Below are positions 10,158-20,174 of a DNA stretch of 64,000 nt, piece by piece. Within the stretch, counting starts at the first letter, position 1; every line of letters begins with the position of its first letter. The stretch is from Candidatus Latescibacterota bacterium (GTDB lineage Bacteria > Latescibacterota > UBA2968): NCBI GenBank assembly GCA_965207885.1, contig OZ242311.1, forward strand, positions 5,664,001 to 5,728,000, in the 5' to 3' direction. The notes under the pieces are model-generated. The model did no database searches, was not told the DNA's origin, and saw only the letters and a program-made list of their open reading frames with translations. Both the position numbers and the translations under genes were made by a program.

Positions 10158-11561
10158 ATGAGTGAAAGACCCAATATCCTATTTATCATGACTGATGATC
10201 ACGCATCGCATGCCATGAGTTGTTATAACAGTCGGATTAACGAAACGCCCAATCTGGACCGCATCGCTGAAGGTGGCATGCGCTTTAACAACTGCTTTTG
10301 CACCAACTCGATCTGCGCGCCGAGCCGGGCGGTAATCTTGACCGGCACGTACAATCACATCAACGGCGTCACCACATTGCGCACAAACCTGGACGGCCGA
10401 CAGGTCACATTTCCCAAACTCCTGCAAGCCGCGGGATATCAAACCGCAATGGTGGGCAAATGGCATCTCGGGCACGGCGGACACAATGACCCCACCGGAT
10501 TTGACTACTGGAACGTACTGCCCGGACAAGGCGCATATCACAACCCCCTGATGTACGACATGGGCAAAGAAGTTCACTACGAGGGATATACCACAGACAT
10601 CATAACCGACCTCGCACTGGACTGGCTAAAAGACCGCGACAAAAACAAACCATTCATGCTCATGTATCACCACAAAGCGCCCCATCGCCCCTGGGAGCCA
10701 GATGACAAACACGCGGACATGTACGAAGACATCGACATCCCCGAACCCGAAACACTGTGGGACGACTACAGCAACCGCGCCACAGCGGCATCGCAGGCTG
10801 AAATGCGCGTCAACCGGGACCTGAACCCCCGCGATCTGAAACAACCCGTACCCGAAGGCTTAAGCCCCGAAGAAGACATGCGATGGAAATACCAGCGCTA
10901 CATCAAAGACTACCTGCGCTGCGTGGCATCCGTCGATGACAATGTCGGCCGCGTATTGGACTACCTGGACGAAGAAGAACTAACCGACAACACCATCGTC
11001 GTCTATACATCGGACCAGGGCTTTTACCTGGGCGACCACGGCTGGTACGACAAGCGATTCATGTACGAAGAATCCCTCCGCATGCCATTCCTCATCCGGT
11101 ACCCCAAAGAAATCAAAGCGGGTAGCGTTTGTGACGACATGATCCTCAACGTAGATTTCGCATCCACATTCCTGGACTATGCCGGAATAAATATCCCCAG
11201 CCATTTTCAAGGACACAGCATGCGCCCCCTGTTAAATGGCGACCGACCCGCCTACTGGCGCGCCTCAATGTATTACCGGTACTGGATGCACCTCAACGGG
11301 CATAATATCTACGCGCACTACGGAGTCAGAACACACCGGCACAAACTCATCTACTATTACGCCGACGGATGTGGACAAGAAGGCGCCTCGGACGACGCCC
11401 GAGAACCAGAATGGGAATTATTTGACCTGGACAAAGACCCGTATGAACTGAACAGTGTCTATCACAATCCAGAATACGCAGAAATAGTCGCCGAACTAAA
11501 AGACGAACTCCACCGCTTGCAGGACGAAGTGGGGGATGAGCGATACGAAAAAGACGTGTAA
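10158..11561 (+). CDS. Sulfatase (Cys-type; N-acetylglucosamine-6-sulfatase-like)
   Basis: [29 protein letters not shown]. Confidence 0.92.
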   Translation: MSERPNILFIMTDDHASHAMSCYNSRINETPNLDRIAEGGMRFNNCFCTNSICAPSRAVILTGTYNHINGVTTLRTNLDGRQVTFPKLLQAAGYQTAMVGKWHLGHGGHNDPTGFDYWNVLPGQGAYHNPLMYDMGKEVHYEGYTTDIITDLALDWLKDRDKNKPFMLMYHHKAPHRPWEPDDKHADMYEDIDIPEPETLWDDYSNRATAASQAEMRVNRDLNPRDLKQPVPEGLSPEEDMRWKYQRYIKDYLRCVASVDDNVGRVLDYLDEEELTDNTIVVYTSDQGFYLGDHGWYDKRFMYEESLRMPFLIRYPKEIKAGSVCDDMILNVDFASTFLDYAGINIPSHFQGHSMRPLLNGDRPAYWRASMYYRYWMHLNGHNIYAHYGVRTHRHKLIYYYADGCGQEGASDDAREPEWELFDLDKDPYELNSVYHNPEYAEIVAELKDELHRLQDEVGDERYEKDV

Positions 11562-11573
11562 GAGGAATCTTTA

Positions 11574-12920
11574 ATGTCTAATGTAGTATTCATCATGACC
11601 GACAACCAGGGCGCATGGACCCTGGGCTGTTATGGCAACCCGGACATACAAACCCCCAACATCGACAGACTCGCAGATGAAGGGATTCGGTTCTCAAACG
11701 CCTATTGCGTAAACTCGGTCTGCTCGCCCAGCCGCGCCACATTCATGACCGGACTGATCCCCTCTCAGCACGGCGTACACTGCTACCTCGGCGGAGAAAG
11801 ACCAGATGCTCAGATGGGACCAGACGCGTACTGCACCATTCGGGAATTTGCAAACCTCCCCCGCGTAATGGCAGACGCGGGACATGTATGCGGACTGAGC
11901 GGAAAGTGGCACCTCGGAGACAGCCTGCGGCCCCAGGAGGGATTCTCATACTGGTTTACCCGCCCGAAGGGACACACCACGACATTTTACGACGATGAAT
12001 GGATCTGGCAAAACCGGGTATATACCGAACCTCGATACACAACCGAAGCCATAACAGAACACGCTCTGGAATTCCTGCGACAAAACCACCACCAGCCATT
12101 CTTCCTCTACGTAGCGTACAACGGTCCCTATGGCCTGGGAACAAGCATGCTGGAAACACATCTCAACCGACATACCGAATACTACGCGGACAAAGAACTG
12201 CCGAGCTTCCCCAGAGAGCCAGTACATCCATGGCTACGCAGCAATCGGGACATGATCAACAACCCGATAAGCATTCGCGGATATGCCGCAGCGGTCAGCG
12301 GCGTAGATGACGGGGTAGGCGAAATAACAAACGCCTTAAAAGAATACGGATTGGAAGAAGACACACTGGTAATTTTCACAGCAGATCAGGGCTGGTGCGG
12401 CGGACATCACGGAATGTGGGGCATGGGAGACCACTCCCGACCCCTGCATACTTATGAAGAAACCATCCACATCCCGCTGATATTCCGCCAGCCCGGACGG
12501 ATACCGGCAGGCAGAGTATTTGAAGGGCGAACATGCAATTACGATTTCTTCCCCTCCGTACTGGACCATCTGGAATTGCGGGAACGGATCGCCGACAACC
12601 CCAATCTCCCCGGCACAAGTTATGCCCCAGCACTTATAGGAAAAGAAATGACCTGGAATAATGAAATATTCCACGAATTTGAAAACACGCGCCTGGTGCG
12701 AAATGACCTCTGGAAATACACCTGGCGTCACCTAGATGGCCCGGATGAGCTATACGATATGCAGGCCGACCCGGGAGAACGCAACAACCTGGCGAACCGC
12801 TCCCACGCAACAGTCATCAACGAATGTCGCAACCGCATCCAGAACTTCTTTAACCAGTATGCAGACCCCCAGTACGACCTGTGGCGCGGGGGACGCTCCA
12901 AAGCGGGGCGAATCGGATAA
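11574..12920 (+). CDS. Sulfatase (Cys-type)
   Basis: NVVFIMTDN, CSPSRATFMTG, GKWH, ADQG. Confidence 0.92.
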   Translation: MSNVVFIMTDNQGAWTLGCYGNPDIQTPNIDRLADEGIRFSNAYCVNSVCSPSRATFMTGLIPSQHGVHCYLGGERPDAQMGPDAYCTIREFANLPRVMADAGHVCGLSGKWHLGDSLRPQEGFSYWFTRPKGHTTTFYDDEWIWQNRVYTEPRYTTEAITEHALEFLRQNHHQPFFLYVAYNGPYGLGTSMLETHLNRHTEYYADKELPSFPREPVHPWLRSNRDMINNPISIRGYAAAVSGVDDGVGEITNALKEYGLEEDTLVIFTADQGWCGGHHGMWGMGDHSRPLHTYEETIHIPLIFRQPGRIPAGRVFEGRTCNYDFFPSVLDHLELRERIADNPNLPGTSYAPALIGKEMTWNNEIFHEFENTRLVRNDLWKYTWRHLDGPDELYDMQADPGERNNLANRSHATVINECRNRIQNFFNQYADPQYDLWRGGRSKAGRIG

Positions 12921-12932
12921 GGGTAAAGCACC

Positions 12933-12968
12933 ACAAAAAAAGACACCGATATATGGTGTCTTTTTTGT
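12933..12968. terminator. Bidirectional terminator between convergent genes
   Basis: AAAAAAAGACACC-loop-GGTGTCTTTTTT. Confidence 0.8.
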
Positions 12969-12985
12969 ATCAACCGTAAAACGCC

Positions 12986-15900
12986 TTAGTCGGCCGCCTG
13001 CGCGTCCATTCCTCCAGTGGGTCGGGCTCGACGGAAAGCCACCACCGCGATCTGTCGCAATATCCCCCGCAGATCGTCCAGAAAGGTGTAGAAAAGCGGT
13101 ACCACAAACAGAGTGAGAAGCGTAGAACAGAGCAGCCCACCCATCATGGTGCGACCCAGAGGCGCGTAAGGTGTCCCCAGCATAGAACTGTTCCCCAGTG
13201 CCATGGGCATCAAACCAAACACCGTGGTAAACGTCGTCATCAAAATCGGCCGGAACCGATTAAACCCGGCTTCCAGAATGGCCTCGTCACGTGCCATCCC
13301 CTCCGCGCGAAGTCGATTAATCATATCCACCAGCACAATGGCATTGTTCACCACTACCCCAACCAATACAATAAGTCCCACCTGCGCCATCGGATTCATC
13401 GCTGTATCCCACAAGTAGAGCGTCCAATAGACCCCCAGAAAAGAAAATGGGACAGCCAGTAACACTGAAAAGGGCAGGATAATGGATTCGAAGAGCACCC
13501 CCATGAGCAAAAATACGAAGGTGATGGCCAGAATGATTGCAAAATTCATCATGTCATTTTCTTCTCGATACCGCTGTCCCTCCGTACCCCGATCCCAAGA
13601 ATACCCATAGGGAAGCGACATGCCGTCCATCACTCGATCAATATCTGTGAAGAGCGTCTTTAGATCATCCTCCATGGTAAAACACTTCAGCCTAATTCGC
13701 ATCTTTCCGTCAATCCGCCGAATGGTCCCTGGCCCTTCGGTCACCTTGAATGAAGCAAAGGCGGACAGGGGAATACTCTGCCCGTCCCTGGAAGTAAACA
13801 TATAATTTTTCAACTGCGCCACCTGCTGCCGGTCCACCTCTCGCAACCGGAGCCGAACTTCCACTTCCCGGTCGTCCGACTTGTAACGCGGCAGAAAGGT
13901 CCCCCGAAGTTGAAATCCGATACTCTGCCCCACTTCCTGCGCATTAATCCCGTATTTTTTAGCCCGATCCCGATTGATCACGACCTGCACCTCCGGTTCG
14001 GCCCGCTCCAGATCGTTTTCGATGTTCACAATCTCAGGGATGGTCTGTAGCCGACGTTCCGCCTCCTCCACCAGGGGGATCAGCCCCTCCTGATCTTCAC
14101 CGTAGAGAAACACCTTGATATTGGCATCGGTGTTCACCGCCTGTGAATTGTTGGTATTCACAGACCTTCGGACGCCCACATGCTTGGGGAAGTTCTCCTT
14201 CATATCTTTGATCACGTCCTTTTTGCTCATGCGCTGGTCCAGAGGAAAACCAATTTTCGCCCTCGCATCTCGATAAACCGTGTACCACCATTCCTCGGCG
14301 TCCTGATGATGGAGAAAAGCCTGGATACGCAGACCCGTTTTCCAGTAACTCAGCCGGATCGTTCGAACCCCATAGAGTTCCCGTCTGGCTTCAAAATAGG
14401 CCTCGTATTCGGCCCCCAGCTTGCCGATATCCTCAAAGGTGAAAAAAGGCGGCGGATAGGCCCGAACATAGACCTCGTTGAGGTTAAATCCGCCCGCGTT
14501 GGCCGTCTTCACCTTTTCCAGCGGATAAAGCATGGTGGCCATCATCCCCACCACAATCAAGGTCGTATCTCGCCGGTGTGTCACGGTCCAGGATAACATG
14601 CGGTGATAAGTGTCTCGCATCCAGCGAATCACCCTCAGGTCTGCCTTAATATCGCGCCCGCCAAATCGCTTGGCCGCAAGTGGGATAAACAACAAGGCGA
14701 CAAACAAAGATCCGACAAGCGCCACCACCACGGGCATTCCGATGCGGGCGAGTTGGAAGGTGAGGTTCCTGCTTCCACCCATTAAGATCAGGGGCAAAAA
14801 CACGACCACGGTGGTTAAGGTGGCCATTGTAATGGCCAGCCCCACCTCACTGGCCCCACCAATAGACGCTTCGTAGGGCGCGTCACCCTTTGCCCGCCTC
14901 CGGTAGATATTTTCAACAATCACAATCGCATTATCGACCACCATCCCCACCCCCACCATCAGCCCCATCATCGTGAAGAGATTGAGCGTCCATCCCACAA
15001 AATACAACGCTGTCGTCGTGATCATCAAACAAAGCGGAATAGCCAGCGTGATCAACGCGGTCATGCGCATAGACCGAAGGAATAACAGCAGCACCAGGGC
15101 GGCGAAAAATCCGCCCCAGAGGCCGGTGTTCCGCAGATTGCGGATCGACTCTCCGACCACCTTGCCCTGGTTAAAAAAAGCGTCAAATTCGATATCCGTT
15201 CTGCTCTCGATCTGGTCTAAAGCGGCCTGGACCCGGTTGCACACATCCACCAAATTTTCGCCGGGTTCCCGAAACACGCCAAGATTGATGGCGGGCTTGC
15301 CGTCGATGCGCTGATACCACTGCCGATCGGGCACATCGTAAGCCACTCGGGCCACATCTTTTAAGCGAACCTCACTGTCCTGGGTCGGGATCAGGATATT
15401 TTCTATCTCCGACAGGCTGTGGTATTTCGCCATGGAGCGGACGAAAAATTTCTTGCCACCTTCCTGGACATACCCTCCCGTGAGCGAGAAATTGTCTGAT
15501 CGCAGCCCCATCACCAGTTGGAAGGGCTGCACCCCTCGCGTCACCATCTTTTCCACATCGATCTCCACCAGTACCTCGTTGCGATTCACCCCCCACAACT
15601 GCACCTGAGCTACCCCTTCCAGTCGCTCCAGGGGCCTTTTGATGTGGAGATCGGAAAAATAATACGGATCTTCTATCCCATCGGGCAGTGCCACCCCCAC
15701 CCACATCACCTCCATGTCGGTATCTGGATTCCACTTCCACACAAAAGTGTGATCCCGCACCTCCTCGGGCAGGTCGATCTTGGCACGATCCAGGCGATCC
15801 ACCAGTTGATTATACGCCAATTGTATATTTGCATCTTCCCGCAGCCAGACCCCCATCCACAGGCCCCACTGAGAACTTGCGAAACTTTCAAAGCCTCTGA

Positions 15901-16147
15901 CCCCCTTCACCGTGCGGATGTGCTCCTCAACGGGCCTTCGAATTTGCCGGTCAATCTCCTGGGGCGCCAGGCCCGGAAAATCTACCCCGACCCAGAGCCA
16001 TCGGTTCTCCCAGCCACTGGGGAAGGCCTGCGACTGAAGTCGAACATAAGACACCAGACCCACCACCAGCAGCGCCACAAGCGTCACCGTGACCATCACC
16101 GGACGCGTGACCGAGATGCGTGGCAGAAAAGAGGAATGGGTTTTCAA
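12986..16147 (-). CDS. RND efflux transporter permease (AcrB/AcrD/AcrF family)
   Basis: 1053 aa; GMVVDNAIVIVENI, GVVVNNAIVLVD, RFRPILMTT. Confidence 0.93.
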   Translation of the reverse strand: MKTHSSFLPRISVTRPVMVTVTLVALLVVGLVSYVRLQSQAFPSGWENRWLWVGVDFPGLAPQEIDRQIRRPVEEHIRTVKGVRGFESFASSQWGLWMGVWLREDANIQLAYNQLVDRLDRAKIDLPEEVRDHTFVWKWNPDTDMEVMWVGVALPDGIEDPYYFSDLHIKRPLERLEGVAQVQLWGVNRNEVLVEIDVEKMVTRGVQPFQLVMGLRSDNFSLTGGYVQEGGKKFFVRSMAKYHSLSEIENILIPTQDSEVRLKDVARVAYDVPDRQWYQRIDGKPAINLGVFREPGENLVDVCNRVQAALDQIESRTDIEFDAFFNQGKVVGESIRNLRNTGLWGGFFAALVLLLFLRSMRMTALITLAIPLCLMITTTALYFVGWTLNLFTMMGLMVGVGMVVDNAIVIVENIYRRRAKGDAPYEASIGGASEVGLAITMATLTTVVVFLPLILMGGSRNLTFQLARIGMPVVVALVGSLFVALLFIPLAAKRFGGRDIKADLRVIRWMRDTYHRMLSWTVTHRRDTTLIVVGMMATMLYPLEKVKTANAGGFNLNEVYVRAYPPPFFTFEDIGKLGAEYEAYFEARRELYGVRTIRLSYWKTGLRIQAFLHHQDAEEWWYTVYRDARAKIGFPLDQRMSKKDVIKDMKENFPKHVGVRRSVNTNNSQAVNTDANIKVFLYGEDQEGLIPLVEEAERRLQTIPEIVNIENDLERAEPEVQVVINRDRAKKYGINAQEVGQSIGFQLRGTFLPRYKSDDREVEVRLRLREVDRQQVAQLKNYMFTSRDGQSIPLSAFASFKVTEGPGTIRRIDGKMRIRLKCFTMEDDLKTLFTDIDRVMDGMSLPYGYSWDRGTEGQRYREENDMMNFAIILAITFVFLLMGVLFESIILPFSVLLAVPFSFLGVYWTLYLWDTAMNPMAQVGLIVLVGVVVNNAIVLVDMINRLRAEGMARDEAILEAGFNRFRPILMTTFTTVFGLMPMALGNSSMLGTPYAPLGRTMMGGLLCSTLLTLFVVPLFYTFLDDLRGILRQIAVVAFRRARPTGGMDAQAAD

Positions 16148-16377
16148 GACATTTCTCCTTAGTCCAGGGCTCGGTTTTCTGACCTATCTATTCATCCGAC
16201 AAAGTAATACATCCAAAAGTTTCGCAATCAGGCCATTTACATCAGCTTCCGGGATGCCTCCTGCTCCAATAAGGAGAAAAAAGAAAAACCCATTATTAAA
16301 TGGGTTGTGTTAAATACCTCTGATATGGATAGGACAGACCGATGGGTCTGTCCTTTTTGATGGGCGCAAGCGCCCCT

Positions 16378-17553
16378 TTACGCCTCCCAAATCAGTGCCA
16401 GCGCGCCCGTATAGCTATGCACAAAATTGCGTCCACCCACAGGTGCCAGTTCTGAATTGCCAAAAAAGCCAGCCATTGGAAAAGCGCCCAGGTGTTTTCG
16501 AATCACCAGAACATCGTGATCGGGCTGTCCGTAAAGCCCAAATCCGCGTCCCATACAGTTAAAATACAAACCACATGTATTGGACGGGCGCCCGACAGAC
16601 TGACGCAACTCCTGCATCACCTTCACCATATCTTCGTGCCCCGCGTGGGGCGTGCGCCGATTAAATTGAATGGTCTGCCCCACAGACACCTGTTCATTAA
16701 CCGCAATCGCGCCCGAATGCTCGTCGATATGCGTCAGACCGCGAATCAAAAAATCGCCTCGTCCCCGTTCAATTGCGTATTCATCCATCGCCAGACCCAC
16801 AAAAACATTGTTGCGCAAATCGGCCCTTTCCTCTGCCGAAAGCGTATTGAGCGCCTCCTTCAGCGCATCAATAGCTGGAACAAATGCAATCTGCTGAATC
16901 ACATTGCCCTCGGCTCTGGTAATCGCATAAGCCTGCCCAAACGGCTGGCAACCTTGTGCCACCCCCGTAGCCACCTTTACCCCGGTCAGCAAAGCCCCCA
17001 CCACCCCGTGTTCACCAATCCACCGACCACACCATTGCAATGTCCGCGGCGACGTTGAACCCCACGGCCACGGATTGCCCGATGCGACACCTCCCACAAC
17101 GGGCACATTGCCTGCTATCTCGGCAATCTGTTCCAGACAAGCCGCCGGATTGGAGTAAATCCCACACATAAGCACCAGTAACGCATCCTCTGTTCCCTGG
17201 GCTATCATCTGCTCGCCAATACGAACCCCTGCATCGTCACCCTCAACCACAAGAGATGTCACCTCAAGATGATCTCCCCCCAACACCAGCACAGCCACGC
17301 CTGGCTCGCGATCATTCTCTCGGGCATCCGTCAAAACACCCATGCCACTGCATCCAAATACAGCCTCTGTCTCCACCCGATCAATAACCACATCGACCAT
17401 GGCAGCGGCATCGCCCATGTGGTGATAGGTCAAAAAAAGAAACGCAGCATCAACCGCGACATCGCCCAGCCCCTTCATCGCTTCGGACAAAGCGGCCTCA
17501 ACAGCGTACATGCCATCGGCATCATTTGAATGTCCAGCCCCGGATCGCAGCAT
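16378..17553 (-). CDS. FIST domain signal transduction protein
   Basis: GCSGMGV, VVGGVASG, QGCQPFG, YFNCMGRG, GFFGNSE and HSYT motifs. Confidence 0.88.
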   Translation of the reverse strand: MLRSGAGHSNDADGMYAVEAALSEAMKGLGDVAVDAAFLFLTYHHMGDAAAMVDVVIDRVETEAVFGCSGMGVLTDARENDREPGVAVLVLGGDHLEVTSLVVEGDDAGVRIGEQMIAQGTEDALLVLMCGIYSNPAACLEQIAEIAGNVPVVGGVASGNPWPWGSTSPRTLQWCGRWIGEHGVVGALLTGVKVATGVAQGCQPFGQAYAITRAEGNVIQQIAFVPAIDALKEALNTLSAEERADLRNNVFVGLAMDEYAIERGRGDFLIRGLTHIDEHSGAIAVNEQVSVGQTIQFNRRTPHAGHEDMVKVMQELRQSVGRPSNTCGLYFNCMGRGFGLYGQPDHDVLVIRKHLGAFPMAGFFGNSELAPVGGRNFVHSYTGALALIWEA

Positions 17554-17783
17554 ATCTTCTCCACGACAAAAACAAATTTAAAAAATAGTGTCAGGCAATA
17601 TAGAAACAAAAAACCGCAGATCAAACGATTTCCGAACCGATCTTTTTGAGCAGATGTATTGGACTTGCTTCCCATGCTATATTACTATAACAATACTTGC
17701 CACACACATGTAAATACCTTATATTAAATTGCTCTAAAATTATATCCCCAAATCCCTATAAAACTCCCCAAAGAGCCTACCCA

Positions 17784-18251
17784 ATGAACCTGAATCACAG
17801 CCTCCACAACGACACAGTAAAACACGTTGATCTCTCTTTTTACGTCGAAGTACAAAAAGACAATTCCGTTGATCAGGTCATCACCAAAATGCAGAATAGT
17901 CAGCGCAAATGCGCGCTGGTCATGGACCAGGGCAAACTAATCGGCATCTTTACAGCACACGATATTGCCCGCCGCGTGATCGACCAATCCGAAGTAATCA
18001 ACGAGCCTATAGAAACGATCATGACCCCCGATCCACTCACCCTGCAATCGGATACCACATTAATCGAAGCCATCCGATTTATGAGCGACAAGCCCCACCG
18101 CTACATGCCCGTTGTAGATACAGAAGGGCGCGTATTGGGCACACTGACGCACTATGCCATCATCAAATACATGAGCGATCACTTTCCAGAAGAAATCTAC
18201 AACCTACCGCCAACCCCCGACCACTTTGCCAGCGCTCGGGCTGGTGCTTAA
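17784..18251 (+). CDS. Stand-alone CBS-domain protein
   Basis: Two CBS repeats (LIGIFT..DI; IMTPDP...RYMPVVD...GTLT); start taken at MNLNHS. Confidence 0.85.
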   Translation: MNLNHSLHNDTVKHVDLSFYVEVQKDNSVDQVITKMQNSQRKCALVMDQGKLIGIFTAHDIARRVIDQSEVINEPIETIMTPDPLTLQSDTTLIEAIRFMSDKPHRYMPVVDTEGRVLGTLTHYAIIKYMSDHFPEEIYNLPPTPDHFASARAGA

Positions 18252-18269
18252 AATACTTCAGGAGGATTT

Positions 18270-20162
18270 ATGGCCGAAATAGACATTGAGGAAACGGCCG
18301 AATCGGCGCTTTTCGAACTGTCCGAAATCGAATCAATTGCCATCCGCTTTGCAGGTGATTCCGGCGATGGCAGTCAGCTCATCGGCAACGAATTTGCCAA
18401 CACCTCGGCAATCGTCGGCAATGACATCAGCACCCTGCCGGACTTTCCCGCTGAAATCCGCGCACCTGCCGGCACATTGCCCGGCGTTAGCGGGTTTCAA
18501 ATTCACATATCCAGCGAAGACATATACACCCCCGGCGATGAACCCCAGGTCCTCGTTGCCATGAACCCGGCAGCACTCAAAGCCAATGTCAACGACCTTC
18601 CAGACGGCGGCATCATCATTGCCAACACAGACAACTTCACGCGCAACAACCTGCGCAAAGCTGGATACGATGGCGACCCCCTCGAAGGCAATGACCTCTC
18701 CAATTACCGCGTGGTTAAAGTACCCCTCACCACGTTGCACAAAGAAGCCGTCGCACACGTTGAGGGCCTGAGCAATCGCCAGATTGACATGATGAAAAAC
18801 TTCTTCGCACTGGGCCTGTCCTACTGGATATTTGACCGCCCGATCGAGCCGACCATTCGCATGCTCGAAAAGAAATTTCAGGGCAAAGACGAAATCATCG
18901 ACGGCAATGTGAGCACCCTGAAAGCCGGCTACAACTTTGGTGAAACAGTCGAAGAATTTCAGGTTCAGTACCAGATCAAAAAAGCCGTCGTCGCACCGGG
19001 CACTTATCGCGCCGTCACGGGTACACAAGCCACGGCAATAGGCATGGTCACCGCGGCACACAAAGCGGGCAAAACCCTCTTTTACGGCAGCTATCCCATC
19101 ACGCCGGCCAGCGCGGTGCTCGAAGAATTGGCCGCATTGAAAAATTTTGACGTGCGAACCTTTCAGGCAGAAGATGAAATTTCCGCATTGGGCTCAGTCA
19201 TTGGCGCTGCTTTTGGAGGCGCGTTTGCCGCCACGGGCACCAGTGGCCCTGGCATCGCACTGAAAAGCGAAGCCATGAACCTCGCCCTGATGATGGAATT
19301 GCCCCTCGTTATCTGCGACTTTCAGCGCGGCGGCCCCAGCACGGGTATGCCCACCAAAACAGAGCAATCAGACCTGCTCCAATGCATGTTTGGTCGCAAT
19401 GGCGACAGTCCCATCCCCATTGTCTCACCGGCCACGCCCTCAGACTGCTTTGACATGGTCATCGAAGCGTTTCGCATCGCCGTTGAAACCATGAGCCCGG
19501 TCATTTTCCTCTCCGATGGATACCTCAACACCAGCGCTGAACCGTGGAAAATTCCCGATCCGGATGATATTCCGACCATACAGACCGAGCACAGAACCGA
19601 TCCCGAGGGCTTCTTGCCCTATCTACGAGATCCAAAAACGCTATCTCGCCCCTGGGTATTGCCGGGCACGCCGGGCCTTGAACACAGACTGGGTGGACTG
19701 GGCAAAGAAGACGGCACGGGCAATGTATCCTACGACCCGGATGACAACCAGCACATGGCGAACATACGCGCCGAACGCCTGGCGCGCATCGCCGACCGCA
19801 TTCCCCTCCAGCACGTCATGGGGCCCAAATCGGGCGATCTGCTCGTCCTGGGCTGGGGGTGTACTTATGGTGCGATCCGGTCGGGAGTGCGCCGAATGCG
19901 ACAGCAGGGCTATTCGGTTGCTGCGGCGCATCTGCGCTACCTCAACCCATTCCCCAAAAACCTGGGCGCAATACTATCGAGTTACAAAACCGTACTCGTG
20001 CCCGAACTCAACATGGGACAGTTGTCTTTGCTGCTCCAGGCCAGATATCCCACACAGGTCATCGTCCCCTTCAATAAAGTTCAGGGATTGCCCTTCAAAA
20101 TTACAGAAATCTCCGGCAAAATTGCCGAAATACTGGGTGCTCCAAAGAGCGCATCGTTATAG
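18270..20162 (+). CDS. korA: 2-oxoacid:ferredoxin oxidoreductase alpha subunit
   Basis: FAGDSGDG, YPITP, AEDE, TSGPG, QRGGPSTGMPTK. Confidence 0.93.
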   Translation: MAEIDIEETAESALFELSEIESIAIRFAGDSGDGSQLIGNEFANTSAIVGNDISTLPDFPAEIRAPAGTLPGVSGFQIHISSEDIYTPGDEPQVLVAMNPAALKANVNDLPDGGIIIANTDNFTRNNLRKAGYDGDPLEGNDLSNYRVVKVPLTTLHKEAVAHVEGLSNRQIDMMKNFFALGLSYWIFDRPIEPTIRMLEKKFQGKDEIIDGNVSTLKAGYNFGETVEEFQVQYQIKKAVVAPGTYRAVTGTQATAIGMVTAAHKAGKTLFYGSYPITPASAVLEELAALKNFDVRTFQAEDEISALGSVIGAAFGGAFAATGTSGPGIALKSEAMNLALMMELPLVICDFQRGGPSTGMPTKTEQSDLLQCMFGRNGDSPIPIVSPATPSDCFDMVIEAFRIAVETMSPVIFLSDGYLNTSAEPWKIPDPDDIPTIQTEHRTDPEGFLPYLRDPKTLSRPWVLPGTPGLEHRLGGLGKEDGTGNVSYDPDDNQHMANIRAERLARIADRIPLQHVMGPKSGDLLVLGWGCTYGAIRSGVRRMRQQGYSVAAAHLRYLNPFPKNLGAILSSYKTVLVPELNMGQLSLLLQARYPTQVIVPFNKVQGLPFKITEISGKIAEILGAPKSASL

Positions 20163-20174
20163 AGGAATCCAAAC

